Assembly (NCBI GenBank): GCA_021782205.1
Contig: JAJXVH010000003.1
Coordinates: forward strand, 31,931 to 95,930
From: a bacterium
GTDB lineage: Bacteria > Elusimicrobiota > Elusimicrobia > UBA1565 > UBA9628
Length of the DNA stretch: 64,000 bases
Direction: 5' to 3'
The translations under genes were made by a program, and so were the position numbers. Shown here one piece after another: positions 42,494-52,730 of the stretch (positions within the stretch are counted from its first letter, which is position 1; each line of letters opens with the position of its first letter). The notes under the pieces were generated by a model, which saw only the letters and a list, made by a program, of their open reading frames with translations, was not told where the DNA came from and searched no databases.

Positions 42494-43330
42494 ATGGAAT
42501 TCGGCAAGGCGCTCAGACGCCTCCGCGCTGAGCGCGGGTTCAGAACCGCGTACCAGTTTTACCACGCCAACGGAGGGCGTCGCACCTTTCCATTCACGTA
42601 CGCTTACTATAAGAAGATCGAAAACGGCACCAGCCTCCCCCGCGCTTCATGGCTGCTCATCATCGTCCAGGGCTTCAGGATTCCACATGGACACCCCGAC
42701 GTGCGAAAACTGGCGCGGATGTTTTTTATTGATCTCTGCGGAGACGCCGCGGCTTTCGATTTTCTTGTTACTGCGGCTTTGAACTCGGGTTCCGACAACG
42801 CAGAAGGCTCGGATGCGAAGCTCGTGCGCGGATTCACCGCACGAGCCTCGTTCAATCTCGATGCGAAGCGTTCCACGATGATCATGTCCTCAAAAATCGT
42901 CTGCGACTGCTACGTGTACCTCATCGCCCGCGGACGCGCATGCAATCTCCGCGAAATATCCGCGGCTGTCGATGCAGACGAGCGCTCTTGCCGCGCCGCC
43001 CTCGAGCGGCTCTGCCAAGAGCGCCTGGCAAGAAGGTTGCGCGATGGAACTTATGCTCCGCTGGATTCCGACAAGGCGCACATTCTTTCTTATCTGCCCA
43101 CGATGTCCCCCAACATGCAGGCGTTTTTTCGACAACGCGCAGACGCGGCGGCAGTGCATCTGCTCAACACCACGATCGTCGCCAGGCTCAACTCATCCGG
43201 AGCCAATGACATCGCCGGAAAAATAAGCCGCGCAGCCGAGATGGCCCTGGCCTACGAGGTGCCCGTCGAAGCCTCGCCGGAAGCGCACATCTATTCGTTC
43301 GAAACGAGGGTCACGAAAATATTCCACTGA
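42494..43330 (+). CDS. HTH (XRE-like) domain regulator with long C-terminal domain
   Basis: 278 aa. N-terminal FGKALRRLRAERGFRTAYQF...YYKKIENGTSLP resembles a Cro/C1-type HTH. Confidence 0.65.
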   Translation: MEFGKALRRLRAERGFRTAYQFYHANGGRRTFPFTYAYYKKIENGTSLPRASWLLIIVQGFRIPHGHPDVRKLARMFFIDLCGDAAAFDFLVTAALNSGSDNAEGSDAKLVRGFTARASFNLDAKRSTMIMSSKIVCDCYVYLIARGRACNLREISAAVDADERSCRAALERLCQERLARRLRDGTYAPLDSDKAHILSYLPTMSPNMQAFFRQRADAAAVHLLNTTIVARLNSSGANDIAGKISRAAEMALAYEVPVEASPEAHIYSFETRVTKIFH

Positions 43331-43346
43331 CCCCGTCAGAGGATCG

Positions 43347-44597
43347 TCAGCGTCCGAGCAACGCCGACAGACGCAGAAGTCCCTCGCGCACCGCGGCCTC
43401 GGGTGGGCCAAAGGAGAAGCGGGCGTGGGATCGGAAGCGAGAGGCGCGGGCGGCGCGCCGCTTGCCGGGGTTGACGTCGAAGAACTCCCCCGGCACGACG
43501 ATGACCTTGGCCTCCAGCGCCTTGCGAAAGAAGCCCATGCCGGTGTTGAACGGCGCGGGCAGGCCATCGAGGGCGCCCCAGGCATAGAACGTGCCGTCGG
43601 TGGGCGCGTCGAAAGTCACGCCCATGTTTTCCAGGCCCAAGCGCATCAGATCGCGCTTGGCGCGAAAGGCCCCTTGCAAGGACGCGGCTTCCGCCTCGGC
43701 ACGCTGCGGCGACAGCAGGTCGATCGCCGCGCGCTGAAGCGGGCGCGCGCCGCCGCCGTCCAAGAACGAACCCGCCGAGGACGCGGCCTCGATCACGGCT
43801 TTGGGACCGACGATCCAGCTCACGCGCCAACCAGGATAGCGCCAGTTTTTCGTCAGGCCGTCTAAAATGATCACCGGGTCGCGGTCCACGTCCTCCACAT
43901 GGCGCGCGGCGCTGACCGCGGCCGCCGCACCGGGTTGATTCCAGACGTAATGCGAGTAGAACTCATCAAGGATGAGCGCGCAGTCGAACTTGCGGCCCAG
44001 CGCGACCCATTGCGCCAGCTCCTCGTCCGCGATGACTTTACCCGTCGGATTCGAAGGGTTGGAGGCGAGCAGCGCGCCCAGGCCTCGGCCCTGGATCTCG
44101 CGGCGCAGGGCGTCGGGCGAGAACGCGTAGCCGGACTCCGGCTCCAGAAGGATCGGGATCGCGGCAAAGGAGTGGAAGACGTCGAGCAACTCCTCGTAGG
44201 CCGTGTAGTCAGGAAGGAAGTGGCCCAGGTTCACGCCGCCGAGCGCGGCGACCACGCGCGTGAGCGCCGCGCGCCCGCCGCCGGCGATGGCCACGTTCTC
44301 GGCCGAATAGTGGCTCGGCATGCCGCGCCGGTAGCGATGGTTGTAGAGGCCCGCGACGGCCTCGCGCAGTTCCCACAGGCCCGCGACCGGCGCGTATTCC
44401 TGATCGGCGGGGTCAATGGCGACCGTCGCACGGCGCGCGGGCCCGCCGGGAAGGCGTCCGGTCTCCGGCATGCCCTGGCCCAGGTTGATCCAAGATGGGT
44501 CGCCGGGCGTGTAGCCGAGCTTGGCCGCCTCCGCCATCACGTAGATGACGCCGGTGCGCGGCACGGCGCGAAACGACGGAAACTGAGGCTCGCTCAA
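43347..44597 (-). CDS. PLP-dependent aminotransferase, class I/II
   Basis: 416 aa. INLGQGMPE, NPSNPTG, and the LTKNWRYPGWR (PLP-Lys region) pattern. Confidence 0.9.
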   Translation of the reverse strand: MSEPQFPSFRAVPRTGVIYVMAEAAKLGYTPGDPSWINLGQGMPETGRLPGGPARRATVAIDPADQEYAPVAGLWELREAVAGLYNHRYRRGMPSHYSAENVAIAGGGRAALTRVVAALGGVNLGHFLPDYTAYEELLDVFHSFAAIPILLEPESGYAFSPDALRREIQGRGLGALLASNPSNPTGKVIADEELAQWVALGRKFDCALILDEFYSHYVWNQPGAAAAVSAARHVEDVDRDPVIILDGLTKNWRYPGWRVSWIVGPKAVIEAASSAGSFLDGGGARPLQRAAIDLLSPQRAEAEAASLQGAFRAKRDLMRLGLENMGVTFDAPTDGTFYAWGALDGLPAPFNTGMGFFRKALEAKVIVVPGEFFDVNPGKRRAARASRFRSHARFSFGPPEAAVREGLLRLSALLGR

Positions 44598-44657
44598 GCC
44601 GCTAGGCCTCGACCCTTCGGGCTCGGCACAGCCGCGCGGAGGAAGGGCTCATAGCGG

Positions 44658-45794
44658 CTAGTCGTCTTCCGCGCCGGCCTTGACGCGCGGCGGCTTGCCG
44701 GCCGCCAGCCAGCCCAGGTAGGCCTCGATGAACGAATCCAAATCCCCGTCCATGACGTTCTGGATCTGCGAGGTCTGCTCGCCTGTACGCAGGTCCTTAA
44801 CCATCTGATAGGGCATGAACACATAGGATCGGATCTGGTGGCCCCAGGCGATGTCGCCCATCTCGCCGTAGTGCTTCTCCATGCCGGAGCGCTTTTTATC
44901 CAGCTCGATCTGATAGAGCTTGGCCTTCAGCATGCGCAGGGCGTTCATCCGGTTCTGCAACTGGGAGCGCTCGGTCTGGCAGGCGACCACAAGCCCGGAG
45001 GGCTTATGACGTATGCGCACCGCGGTCTCCACCTTGTTGACGTTCTGGCCGCCGGCGCCGCCGGAGCGGAACGTCTCCAGCTCCAGGTCGGAATCCTTGA
45101 CCTCGATTTCGATGTCGTCCTCGATGTCCGGCAGGACGTCGAGCGAGGCGAAGCTGGTGTGACGGCGCTTGTTGGCGTCGAAAGGAGAAATCCGCACCAG
45201 GCGGTGCACGCCCATCTCGCCCTTGAGCAGGCCGTAAGCGTTGGGCCCGCGCACGAACGCCTCGACGGTCTTGAGCCCCGCGCCGTCGCCTTTCTGCACC
45301 TCGGTGACCGCCAACTCGAAGCCGTGCGCCTCCGCCCAGCGCCCGTACATGCGCCACAGCATCTCCGCCCAGTCGCAGGCCTCAAGACCGCCCGCGCCCG
45401 CGTGCAGGGAGATGATCGCGTCGTCCTTGTCGAATTCCGCGGAGAGCTTCAGGCGCAGGTCCATCGCGCGCAGAATCTTCTCGACACCGGCCAGGCCCGC
45501 GTTGATCTCCGCCGTCTCTCGTTCGTCCTTCATCTCCGCGGCCAACTCGCAGTGCGCCTTCAGGTCGTCGAGGCCGCGCTCGGCCTTTTCGTATTCGGCC
45601 AGCGCTTTCTTCAGATCGTTGAGTTCCTTGGATTTCTTCTTGGCCTTCGCCGAGTCCGTCCAAAACGCGGGGTCTCCCGCCTCGGCCTCGCGCGCTTCCG
45701 CCTCCCGCCGCATCTTGGGCAGGTCCATCAGCTTGGCGACCTTGGCCAGCAGGCCGCGCATCTCTTCTATCTTTCGGTCGGCATCCTCGAACAT
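44658..45794 (-). CDS. prfB: peptide chain release factor 2 (continuous ORF, no programmed frameshift)
   Basis: 378 aa. [14 protein letters not shown] (SPF) and [18 protein letters not shown] (GGQ). The N-terminus aligns across the usual frameshift site. Confidence 0.95.
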   Translation of the reverse strand: MFEDADRKIEEMRGLLAKVAKLMDLPKMRREAEAREAEAGDPAFWTDSAKAKKKSKELNDLKKALAEYEKAERGLDDLKAHCELAAEMKDERETAEINAGLAGVEKILRAMDLRLKLSAEFDKDDAIISLHAGAGGLEACDWAEMLWRMYGRWAEAHGFELAVTEVQKGDGAGLKTVEAFVRGPNAYGLLKGEMGVHRLVRISPFDANKRRHTSFASLDVLPDIEDDIEIEVKDSDLELETFRSGGAGGQNVNKVETAVRIRHKPSGLVVACQTERSQLQNRMNALRMLKAKLYQIELDKKRSGMEKHYGEMGDIAWGHQIRSYVFMPYQMVKDLRTGEQTSQIQNVMDGDLDSFIEAYLGWLAAGKPPRVKAGAEDD

Positions 45795-45803
45795 CGTTCT
45801 ATT

Positions 45804-46169
45804 TTAGGACATTCGGCGCGTCTGCTCCCGTTCCGGTCGAAAGGCATTCCCTTTGTCCGCTTGTCCGCAACACGGCTGACGGCGCCGGCTGTCGCCGGAA
45901 CAGGACCGATGAAGCTGCCCGACGATTTCACGGATTTCGGCGAATTCGTGCCAATTCTTCCGACGCCGAGCGAGCTTCGCCCCGGTCCCAAGCGCCTGCT
46001 CCATCTCATCGATTCGCCCGGCAACGCCCAGCGCCAGACCGAGGTGAACGTACGCGTTGTAATAGCGGTCGCGTCTCAAGAACCGCCCCCACGCCGCCTG
46101 CGCGATGCGCGCCCAATGCCGCGCGCGCGACCACCGCCCATTTTTAGCGGTAAACGTAATATGAGTCAT
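45804..46169 (-). CDS. hypothetical protein (weak call)
   Basis: 121-aa ORF between the HDAC-like gene and prfB. TPR-like YYNAYVHLGLALGVAGRIDEMEQAL. Locally lower GC. No other support. Confidence 0.3.
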   Translation of the reverse strand: MTHITFTAKNGRWSRARHWARIAQAAWGRFLRRDRYYNAYVHLGLALGVAGRIDEMEQALGTGAKLARRRKNWHEFAEIREIVGQLHRSCSGDSRRRQPCCGQADKGNAFRPEREQTRRMS

Positions 46170-46289
46170 GCGGGTGGCCGCGCCGATAGCCCTCGGCCAA
46201 GATCAGGGCCTCGCGGTAGCGCGCCCTCCTCACCAACGTGAATAATTTCGCGCCGTCGCGTTCCCGCGCTCGGCGCGCTTCGTCGTTGA

Positions 46290-47183
46290 TCACGCGCGCG
46301 GCGTTCCAAGACCGCCGAAAACACGCAGCGTGTTCGCGTGCAGACGCGCGGTGCCCTCCGGCGTCGGGCCGTAGCCGCCGCCCAGAGTGACGGCGACGGG
46401 GACGCCGTGCAGGCGGCAGGTTTCAAAAACCGCGGCGTCGCGGTCCAAAATTCCGCGCTCGGTCAGCTTTAGACCGCCCAGCTTATCGTGCTCCCAGACG
46501 TCGACGCCGCCTTGATAGATCGCCAGGTCGGGCTTGAAGTCCATCACCGCGCGCAGGTGGCGGCGCAGGAGATCGTAGTATTCGGCGTCGGCGGTCCCGG
46601 CCGCCAGCTCCACGTCGAGCGAGCTTCTTTCTTTCATTTCGGGGTACAGATCGGCCTGGTGCATCGAGAACGTGAAGACGTCGGGGTCGCCGGCGAAGAT
46701 CGCGGCGGTGCCGTTGCCTTGATGGACATCCAAGTCGATCACCGCGGCGCGCTGGATCGCATTCTCGACGCGCAGTTTATAAATCGCGACGGCGATATCG
46801 TTCAAGGCGCAGTAGCCCTCGCCGTGATCGCGGAAGGCGTGATGTCCACCGCCTCCGGCGTGCAGACCGACGCCGGCTTCCAGCGCGTGGCGCGCGGCCA
46901 AGATCGTGCCCCCGATGGCCAGCCGGTGCGCCAATGAGATCTCCGGCGAAAACGGCAATTCCAACCGACGCAAATCCGCCGCGCTCAAAGACGCCGAGAC
47001 CACCGTGTCGACCCAGACCGCGTCGTGCGCGAGAAGGAGATCCTCGCGCGACGGCTCGGGCGGCTCGACCAAATCAACGAACGGCGCCAGGGCCTGAGCG
47101 GTTAACGCGAACTTGCGGGCCGCGAAATTGTGGCCGCCGTAGTCCACGTCGTATCGCGGCGAGAAGACGACGCGGGGCTTCAC
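46290..47183 (-). CDS. histone deacetylase-family (Zn-dependent acetyl-lysine/acetylpolyamine) amidohydrolase
   Basis: GTG start inside ORF 46290..48503 overlaps the lnt stop (GTGA). HAGGGGHHAFRDHGEGYCALND, DLDVHQGNG, GGGY. Confidence 0.85.
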   Translation of the reverse strand: MKPRVVFSPRYDVDYGGHNFAARKFALTAQALAPFVDLVEPPEPSREDLLLAHDAVWVDTVVSASLSAADLRRLELPFSPEISLAHRLAIGGTILAARHALEAGVGLHAGGGGHHAFRDHGEGYCALNDIAVAIYKLRVENAIQRAAVIDLDVHQGNGTAAIFAGDPDVFTFSMHQADLYPEMKERSSLDVELAAGTADAEYYDLLRRHLRAVMDFKPDLAIYQGGVDVWEHDKLGGLKLTERGILDRDAAVFETCRLHGVPVAVTLGGGYGPTPEGTARLHANTLRVFGGLGTPRA

Positions 47184-48736
47184 GGCCGGATCAGCGCGCG
47201 GTGCGCGCACAGAAGAACGGTCAGCGCCAGGCACAGCGCGCCCAGCCAGTCGCCGCGGCGCGCGTAGAGCGAGCGCGCCGGGAATGGATCGCCCAGCGGC
47301 ACGTCGGCGTCCAGGCGGCCGCGCGCGTTCAAATCCAGCTTCGCTGTGACCACGCCCCATGGGTCGATCACCGCGGAGATGCCGGTGTTGCCGGAGCGGA
47401 TCACCGGGATGCGGTTCTCGATGGCGCGAAACACGTTGGCCTCGAAATGCTGATAGGGCCCCCAAGTATCCTTGTACCACCCGTCGTTGGTCATGTTGAT
47501 GAGCATGCGCGCTCCGCGCGCCGCGTCGCGTCGCGCCCAGCGCGGAAACATGGCCTCGTAGCAGATTGTGACCGCGGTCGGCCCAAACGCCGTTTCGAAT
47601 AAAGCCTGATCTGCCGTGCCCGAGCTCAGATCGCCCATCTCGTCGAGAATCTTCAGCCAGCGCTCGATGACGAAGCGCGGCACCAGCGCGCGCAAAGGCA
47701 CGTACTCGCCGAAGGGGACCAGCTCGCGCTTGACGTAGATCCCGCCCACCGTCCCGTCGGGAAGAACCAGCTGCGCCGCGTTGGCCGGACCTACGCCCGG
47801 CTCGGCCGCGGCGACGATGCCCACCAGATGCGCGGCTTTTTGACGCCGCGCCCACTTCGCCGCGATGGGCGCGGCCAGCCCGCGCGCCTGATAAAACGGA
47901 ATCGCGGTCTCCGGCCAGACCACGAGCGCCGGCGCGCGTGTCTCCGGCCGCGCCAGAAGCTCGTCGAAGCCGCCCAGAATCTCCTCGACCGCGCCGCCGT
48001 CCCATTTCCGATATTCGTCGATCGCGGGCTGAAGGATCTCCACGCGCGCCGTCGGGCCTGGGTCCGCCGGGCGACGCGCCAACTCGGCTACGCCGAAAAT
48101 CCACGTCCCGGCGGCCAGCGCCAAGCCCAAGGACAGCGGCGCCGCCGCCTGAGGCGCGCGCCCGCGCGAGTCGAGCCAGGCCTCGGCAAGCGAAGCGTTG
48201 ATGAGAACAAGCAGGAAGCCAAGAAGATACGGTCCACCCCAGGAGCCGGCCTGAATGAGCGCCAGGTTGTTCCACTGAGTATAGGCCAGCGTGTCGACGG
48301 CCAGCCGCGGCGTCCACCAGCCCGTCGCCGCCGCAATCGCCGTCCAAACCGCGGCCCACGTCCAGGGTCTCAGGAAGCGCGCGCCCGTCGTGGTCAGCCA
48401 GCGTCCCGCAAATGCCGCCAACGCCCAGTTCAGCGCCAGAGCGGCGGAAAGCGCCGCCCATACCAACGCCGCGGCCGGTGCTGGAATCCGCGCGAAGCGG
48501 CACGTCGAGTAGATCCAGTGCAGCACGACCGCGTGATAGGCAAAGCCCGCCCAGAAGCCCGCCGCGGCCGCGCCGCGCCGCGTGTCGGCCTCATCGGCCG
48601 CGAGAAACAGCGGGGCCAGACCGACCCAACCGAAAAACCAGAAGCCCGCGCGCGGCAGGGCCAGCCCCGCGAGCGCCGCCCCGGCGGCGGCGGCGACCGC
48701 GCGAGACCGCGCGGAAGTGCCGCTTCCGGACGTCAT
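47180..48736 (-). CDS. lnt: apolipoprotein N-acyltransferase
   Basis: Internal ATG (residue 126 of ORF 47180..49111). N-terminal polytopic region plus a CN-hydrolase domain with WPETAIP, KRELVPFGEYVP and VTICYE (E-K-C triad). Confidence 0.85.
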   Translation of the reverse strand: MTSGSGTSARSRAVAAAAGAALAGLALPRAGFWFFGWVGLAPLFLAADEADTRRGAAAAGFWAGFAYHAVVLHWIYSTCRFARIPAPAAALVWAALSAALALNWALAAFAGRWLTTTGARFLRPWTWAAVWTAIAAATGWWTPRLAVDTLAYTQWNNLALIQAGSWGGPYLLGFLLVLINASLAEAWLDSRGRAPQAAAPLSLGLALAAGTWIFGVAELARRPADPGPTARVEILQPAIDEYRKWDGGAVEEILGGFDELLARPETRAPALVVWPETAIPFYQARGLAAPIAAKWARRQKAAHLVGIVAAAEPGVGPANAAQLVLPDGTVGGIYVKRELVPFGEYVPLRALVPRFVIERWLKILDEMGDLSSGTADQALFETAFGPTAVTICYEAMFPRWARRDAARGARMLINMTNDGWYKDTWGPYQHFEANVFRAIENRIPVIRSGNTGISAVIDPWGVVTAKLDLNARGRLDADVPLGDPFPARSLYARRGDWLGALCLALTVLLCAHRALIRP

Positions 48737-48749
48737 GGAAAGCGGCCCG

Positions 48750-51512
48750 CTAGGCGGGCGCGTCCGCCCCGTGGCATTTTTTGTATTTCTTGCCGGAGCC
48801 GCAGAAGCAGGGATCGTTGCGGCCGATCTTTTGGATGTCGCGCGGCGCGGCGGCGACGCCGCCGCCCGACAGCACGCCGCGTCCCAGCGCGGGGCGCTTG
48901 GCCGTCGGGGCGGCGGGTCGCGCCGCGTCCGGATCAAGCATGCCGTCCGGCGGCGGTTCTCCCGCGGCCGGCGTCTCCGGAATGGGCGGCGGCGGCGGCG
49001 CCTTGGGCGCCTCGATCTTGAAGAGATACTCGACGGTCTGCTCGCGGACCCGGTCCAACATCTCCCCGAAGAGCTTGTGCGACTCCTTCTGATACTCGAT
49101 CTTCGGATCAAGCTGGCCGTACGCGCGCAGGCCGATCGACTTCTTGAGCTGGTCCAGGTCCGTCAGATGGCCCTTCCAGGACTTGTCGATCATCTGGAGC
49201 AGGATCATCTTCTCGATCTCGCGGAAATCGTAGCCCTTGAAGTCCTCGGCGCGGCGCGCGTAGTGCTCCAGCGCGTCGGCCGTCAGCTTCTCCTTGAGCG
49301 CCGCGTCGGAAAGGCCGATGAAGTCCTCGGGCGGATAGCGCAGGCCGAACGTGCGCTCAAGGTAGGCGCCCAGCATCACGAAGTCCCACTCCGCGGGATC
49401 TTCCTTGCCCGCGACCGCCGCGTCCACCTCGGCGGCGACGTCTTCCTTGATCATCGCATGGATCTGCGCGGTGACCGACTCCCCGAAAAGCACCACGTCG
49501 CGCAGCTTGTAGGCGACCTCGCGCTGCTTGTTCATCACGTTGTCGTAGTCGAGCAGCTGCTTTCGAATGTCGAAGTTGTGCGTCTCGACGCGGCGCTGGG
49601 CGTTCTCGATCTGGTAGGTGACCAGCGGCGACTCGATGACCTCGCCTTCCTTCATGCCCAATTTTTCCATCAGCGGCGCGATCCGGTCGGAACCGAACAG
49701 GCGCATCAGCTCGTCGTCGAGGCCCAGGTAGAACTGCGTGGAGCCCGGGTCGCCCTGCCGCGCGCAGCGGCCGCGCAGCTGGTTGTCGATGCGGCGCGAC
49801 TCATGGCGCTCGGTGCCCAGCACGTGCAGTCCGCCCAAGGACTTGACCAGCTCGTATTCGGCCGGGTCCTGAGGGTTGCCGCCCAGCAGAATGTCCGTGC
49901 CGCGGCCGGCCATGTTCGTGGCGATCGTGACCGCGCCCTTGCGTCCGGCCTGAGCGATGATCGACGCTTCCATCTCGTGGTATTTGGCGTTGAGCACCTG
50001 GTGCGGGATGCCCGCGCCGCGCAGCATGGCCGCCAGCTTCTCGGATTTCTCGATGGAGCGCGTGCCCACCAGCACCGGCCGCCCCTTCATCCAGAACTCC
50101 TTGATCGACTCCACGATCGCGCCGAACTTCTCGCGCTCGGACTTGTAGACCAGGTCGGGCATGTCGTCGCGGGCGATGATCCGGTTGGTGGGGATCTCGC
50201 GCACGTCCATCTGGTAGATCTCCAGGAACTCGTCTTCCTCGGTCATCGCCGTTCCGGTCATGCCGGAGCGCTTCTTATAGATCTTGAAGAAGTTCTGGAA
50301 CGTGATCGTGGCCAGCGTCTGGTTTTCCTCGCGCGGCGGCAGGTTCTCCTTGGCCTCCACGGCCTGGTGCAGGCCGTCGGACCAGCGCCGCCCCGGCATC
50401 AGGCGGCCGGTGAACTCGTCGACGATGACGACCTCGGGACCGTTCTCTCCACCCTTGACGACATACTCCACATCGCGCTTATACAGGAAGTGCGCGCGCA
50501 GGGCCTGGGTGATGTGATGCACCCATTCGCCTTCCAGGTCGTCGTAAAGATTGGCCAGGCCCAGGAGCTTCTCGGATTTCTGGATTCCGTCCTCGGTCAG
50601 GACCGCGGTGTGGTTCTTCTCGTCGACGATGGCGTCCCAGCCCTTGTCCAGGTCGGTGCCGTCGTATTTGGCCTGGATCTCGTCTTCTTCGGTGATGAGG
50701 CGGACCTTCAGATGCGGGATCAGGCCGTTGACGATGGCGTAGCGCTCCGTGGACTTCTCGGCGGCACCCGAGATGATCAGCGGCGTGCGTGCCTCGTCGA
50801 CCAAGATCGAGTCGACCTCGTCGATGATCGCGTAGTAGAGCGGGCGCAGGACGCGGTCTTCCTTGCGCACCACCATGTTGTCGCGCAGATAGTCGAAGCC
50901 GATCTCGTTGTTGGTGATGTAGGTGATGTCGCAGCGGTAGGCGGCCTGGCGCTCGGCGTTGGGGATGTCGTGCTGGACGCAGCCCACGGTCAAGCCCAGG
51001 AACTTGAACACCGGGCCCATCCACTCGCTGTCGCGCTTGGCCAGGTAGTCGTTGACCGTGACCACGTGCACGCCCTTGCCCGCCAAGGCGTTGAGGTAGG
51101 CGGGCGCGGTTGCGACCAAGGTCTTGCCCTCGCCTGTGCGCATCTCCGCGATGGAGCCGTTGTGCAAGGTCATGCCGCCCAAAAGCTGCACGTCGAAATG
51201 GCGCAGGCCGATCGAGCGGCGCGCGGCCTCGCGGCACAGCGCGAACGCCTCCGGCAGGAGCGTGTCCAGCGCCTCGGTCTCGGCCTTCTTGCGCTCCTCG
51301 CGGTGATCCTCATCCTCCGCGTCGAACTCGATGGCCGAAAACAAATCCTTGACGCGCGCCTTCAGGGCCTCGGTGCGTTGGGGGAAATCCGCGTCGGCCA
51401 GCGCCTTAATCTCCGGCTCCAGCGCGTTGGTCTGGTCCAGCAACGGCCGATAGCGCTTGAGCGTGCGCTCGCTGGCCGTCCCGAACATCATCTCGAAAAC
51501 TTTCTTGATCAT
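48750..51512 (-). CDS. secA: preprotein translocase ATPase SecA
   Basis: Internal ATG (residue 313 of ORF 48750..52448). [21 protein letters not shown]..., MRTGEGKTL, and C-terminal Zn finger [14 protein letters not shown]. Confidence 0.97.
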   Translation of the reverse strand: MIKKVFEMMFGTASERTLKRYRPLLDQTNALEPEIKALADADFPQRTEALKARVKDLFSAIEFDAEDEDHREERKKAETEALDTLLPEAFALCREAARRSIGLRHFDVQLLGGMTLHNGSIAEMRTGEGKTLVATAPAYLNALAGKGVHVVTVNDYLAKRDSEWMGPVFKFLGLTVGCVQHDIPNAERQAAYRCDITYITNNEIGFDYLRDNMVVRKEDRVLRPLYYAIIDEVDSILVDEARTPLIISGAAEKSTERYAIVNGLIPHLKVRLITEEDEIQAKYDGTDLDKGWDAIVDEKNHTAVLTEDGIQKSEKLLGLANLYDDLEGEWVHHITQALRAHFLYKRDVEYVVKGGENGPEVVIVDEFTGRLMPGRRWSDGLHQAVEAKENLPPREENQTLATITFQNFFKIYKKRSGMTGTAMTEEDEFLEIYQMDVREIPTNRIIARDDMPDLVYKSEREKFGAIVESIKEFWMKGRPVLVGTRSIEKSEKLAAMLRGAGIPHQVLNAKYHEMEASIIAQAGRKGAVTIATNMAGRGTDILLGGNPQDPAEYELVKSLGGLHVLGTERHESRRIDNQLRGRCARQGDPGSTQFYLGLDDELMRLFGSDRIAPLMEKLGMKEGEVIESPLVTYQIENAQRRVETHNFDIRKQLLDYDNVMNKQREVAYKLRDVVLFGESVTAQIHAMIKEDVAAEVDAAVAGKEDPAEWDFVMLGAYLERTFGLRYPPEDFIGLSDAALKEKLTADALEHYARRAEDFKGYDFREIEKMILLQMIDKSWKGHLTDLDQLKKSIGLRAYGQLDPKIEYQKESHKLFGEMLDRVREQTVEYLFKIEAPKAPPPPPIPETPAAGEPPPDGMLDPDAARPAAPTAKRPALGRGVLSGGGVAAAPRDIQKIGRNDPCFCGSGKKYKKCHGADAPA

Positions 51513-51611
51513 CGAACGCGGCAGTTTAGCAATTTCGGCGCCCGGGCGACACCGCCGGAATACCGCCGGAACCGCCCCCCGGGATGACCAGCGGCGCGCC
51601 GATGATATATC

Positions 51612-52730
51612 ATGATGCGCATGAGAAGGCTCGCCCTGCCCCTGCTCTTGGCCGCCGCCGCCGGCGCGTGCGTCAGCGTCGCACCCCCGCCGGATCCGCA
51701 CGGCGTCTACAAGCCGGGGCAGCGTCTGGTGGTGTTCGTTTATCAGGCGCCGGGGCCGTGGATCGTGTCGGGCACGGACTCGAAGCTGGAGTCGGCGGCG
51801 CAGATCTCGCCGCTGGGGTTCGCGGTGCAGGGGATGGAGGACTCGCACACCTTGTCGGTGTCCAAGGCCATCCAGCAATATCTGCCCCGGCCGCGCTACG
51901 ACGACGAGTTCCAGGACGCGCTGATGAAGGAACTGAGGCTGCACATTTCCTCGGCGCCGCTGCAGTCCGGGTTGCAGGCCGGCGTCCCCGCCGACCAGAT
52001 CCAGCGCTGGAACCGCGCGCGCAACCAGTCGGATTGGCGCTCGCGCTATTTCGAGATCGACCCCGACCTTCCCGCCCCGCGCAACTACGCGCGCGGCTTC
52101 GGCCTGGACGACGCGTTGGTGCTGGACGTCAACCTCTCCTTCGGCACCACCGCCGACGACGCCGGGAACCTCCTGCCCGACCTGGCCGCGTCGTGGCGCG
52201 TCTACCGAGGACTGAACTCCCAGCAGATCTGGGACCATCTCAACGAGGACGTCGATCAGGCCTCCACGATGACCTTGGTCGACATCGAGACCACGCCGCC
52301 GCTGTTGACCGGCCGCCTGGAAGCCCTCGCTCCAAAGCTGGGCCAGGAGGTAGGCCACGAGTTCGCGCGCGCGTTCGGCCTCCTGGCGTCGACGGCGCCC
52401 GCACGCGGCGGACTTCCGCCGCCGCCGAAATCCGCGCCCGCCGGTCAAGGGATTCTGCCGCTGTCCTACCTCCTGAGCCTGTCGTCGGCCCCGGCCGACG
52501 CGCCTCCGCCGCGACCGACGCCCGCCGCCGTTCCCGGCGCGGCGCCCGCGCCCGCCGCCGTCTCCGTTCCCGCCGTGCCGGCGCCGGCCGCGCCCGTCGC
52601 CCCCGCCGCCGTGGCGGTCTCCACCTCGTCGGCCGCCGCGCCCGTCTCGGTCTCCACGGCAGCCCCGGCCCCGCCGCCTCCCGCGCCGACCGCCGTTCCC
52701 GTTTCCAGCACCCCCGCCGCCTCGCCGTGA
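51612..52730 (+). CDS. hypothetical lipoprotein with Pro/Ala-rich C-terminal tail
   Basis: 372 aa. Signal/lipobox-like [10 protein letters not shown]. The last ~100 aa are a low-complexity PA/VS repeat. Its stop overlaps the hom start. Confidence 0.6.
   Translation: MMRMRRLALPLLLAAAAGACVSVAPPPDPHGVYKPGQRLVVFVYQAPGPWIVSGTDSKLESAAQISPLGFAVQGMEDSHTLSVSKAIQQYLPRPRYDDEFQDALMKELRLHISSAPLQSGLQAGVPADQIQRWNRARNQSDWRSRYFEIDPDLPAPRNYARGFGLDDALVLDVNLSFGTTADDAGNLLPDLAASWRVYRGLNSQQIWDHLNEDVDQASTMTLVDIETTPPLLTGRLEALAPKLGQEVGHEFARAFGLLASTAPARGGLPPPPKSAPAGQGILPLSYLLSLSSAPADAPPPRPTPAAVPGAAPAPAAVSVPAVPAPAAPVAPAAVAVSTSSAAAPVSVSTAAPAPPPPAPTAVPVSSTPAASP

Noticed and set aside
46146-46292. TPR-like reading frame (..YREALILAEGYRRGHP..) just downstream of the HDAC-like stop, which might join ORF 45804..46169 as a frameshifted gene.
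   Set aside because: There is no start codon giving 60 aa or more in that frame. It overlaps the HDAC-like 3' end, and the evidence is only a vague compositional resemblance. I kept only a low-confidence call for 45804..46169.
51584-52726. N-terminal extensions of long ORFs: 51584..54025 before hom, 46290..48503 before the HDAC-like gene, 47180..49111 before lnt, 48750..52448 before secA, 5693..7282 before GT2, 1397..3070 before recA, and 17192..18409, 19058..20224 and 14306..15319 in the atp operon.
   Set aside because: The upstream parts are Arg/Pro-rich, overlap real genes in other frames, and have no homology-like motifs. Conserved N-termini begin at internal ATG or GTG codons that overlap or abut the upstream stop.
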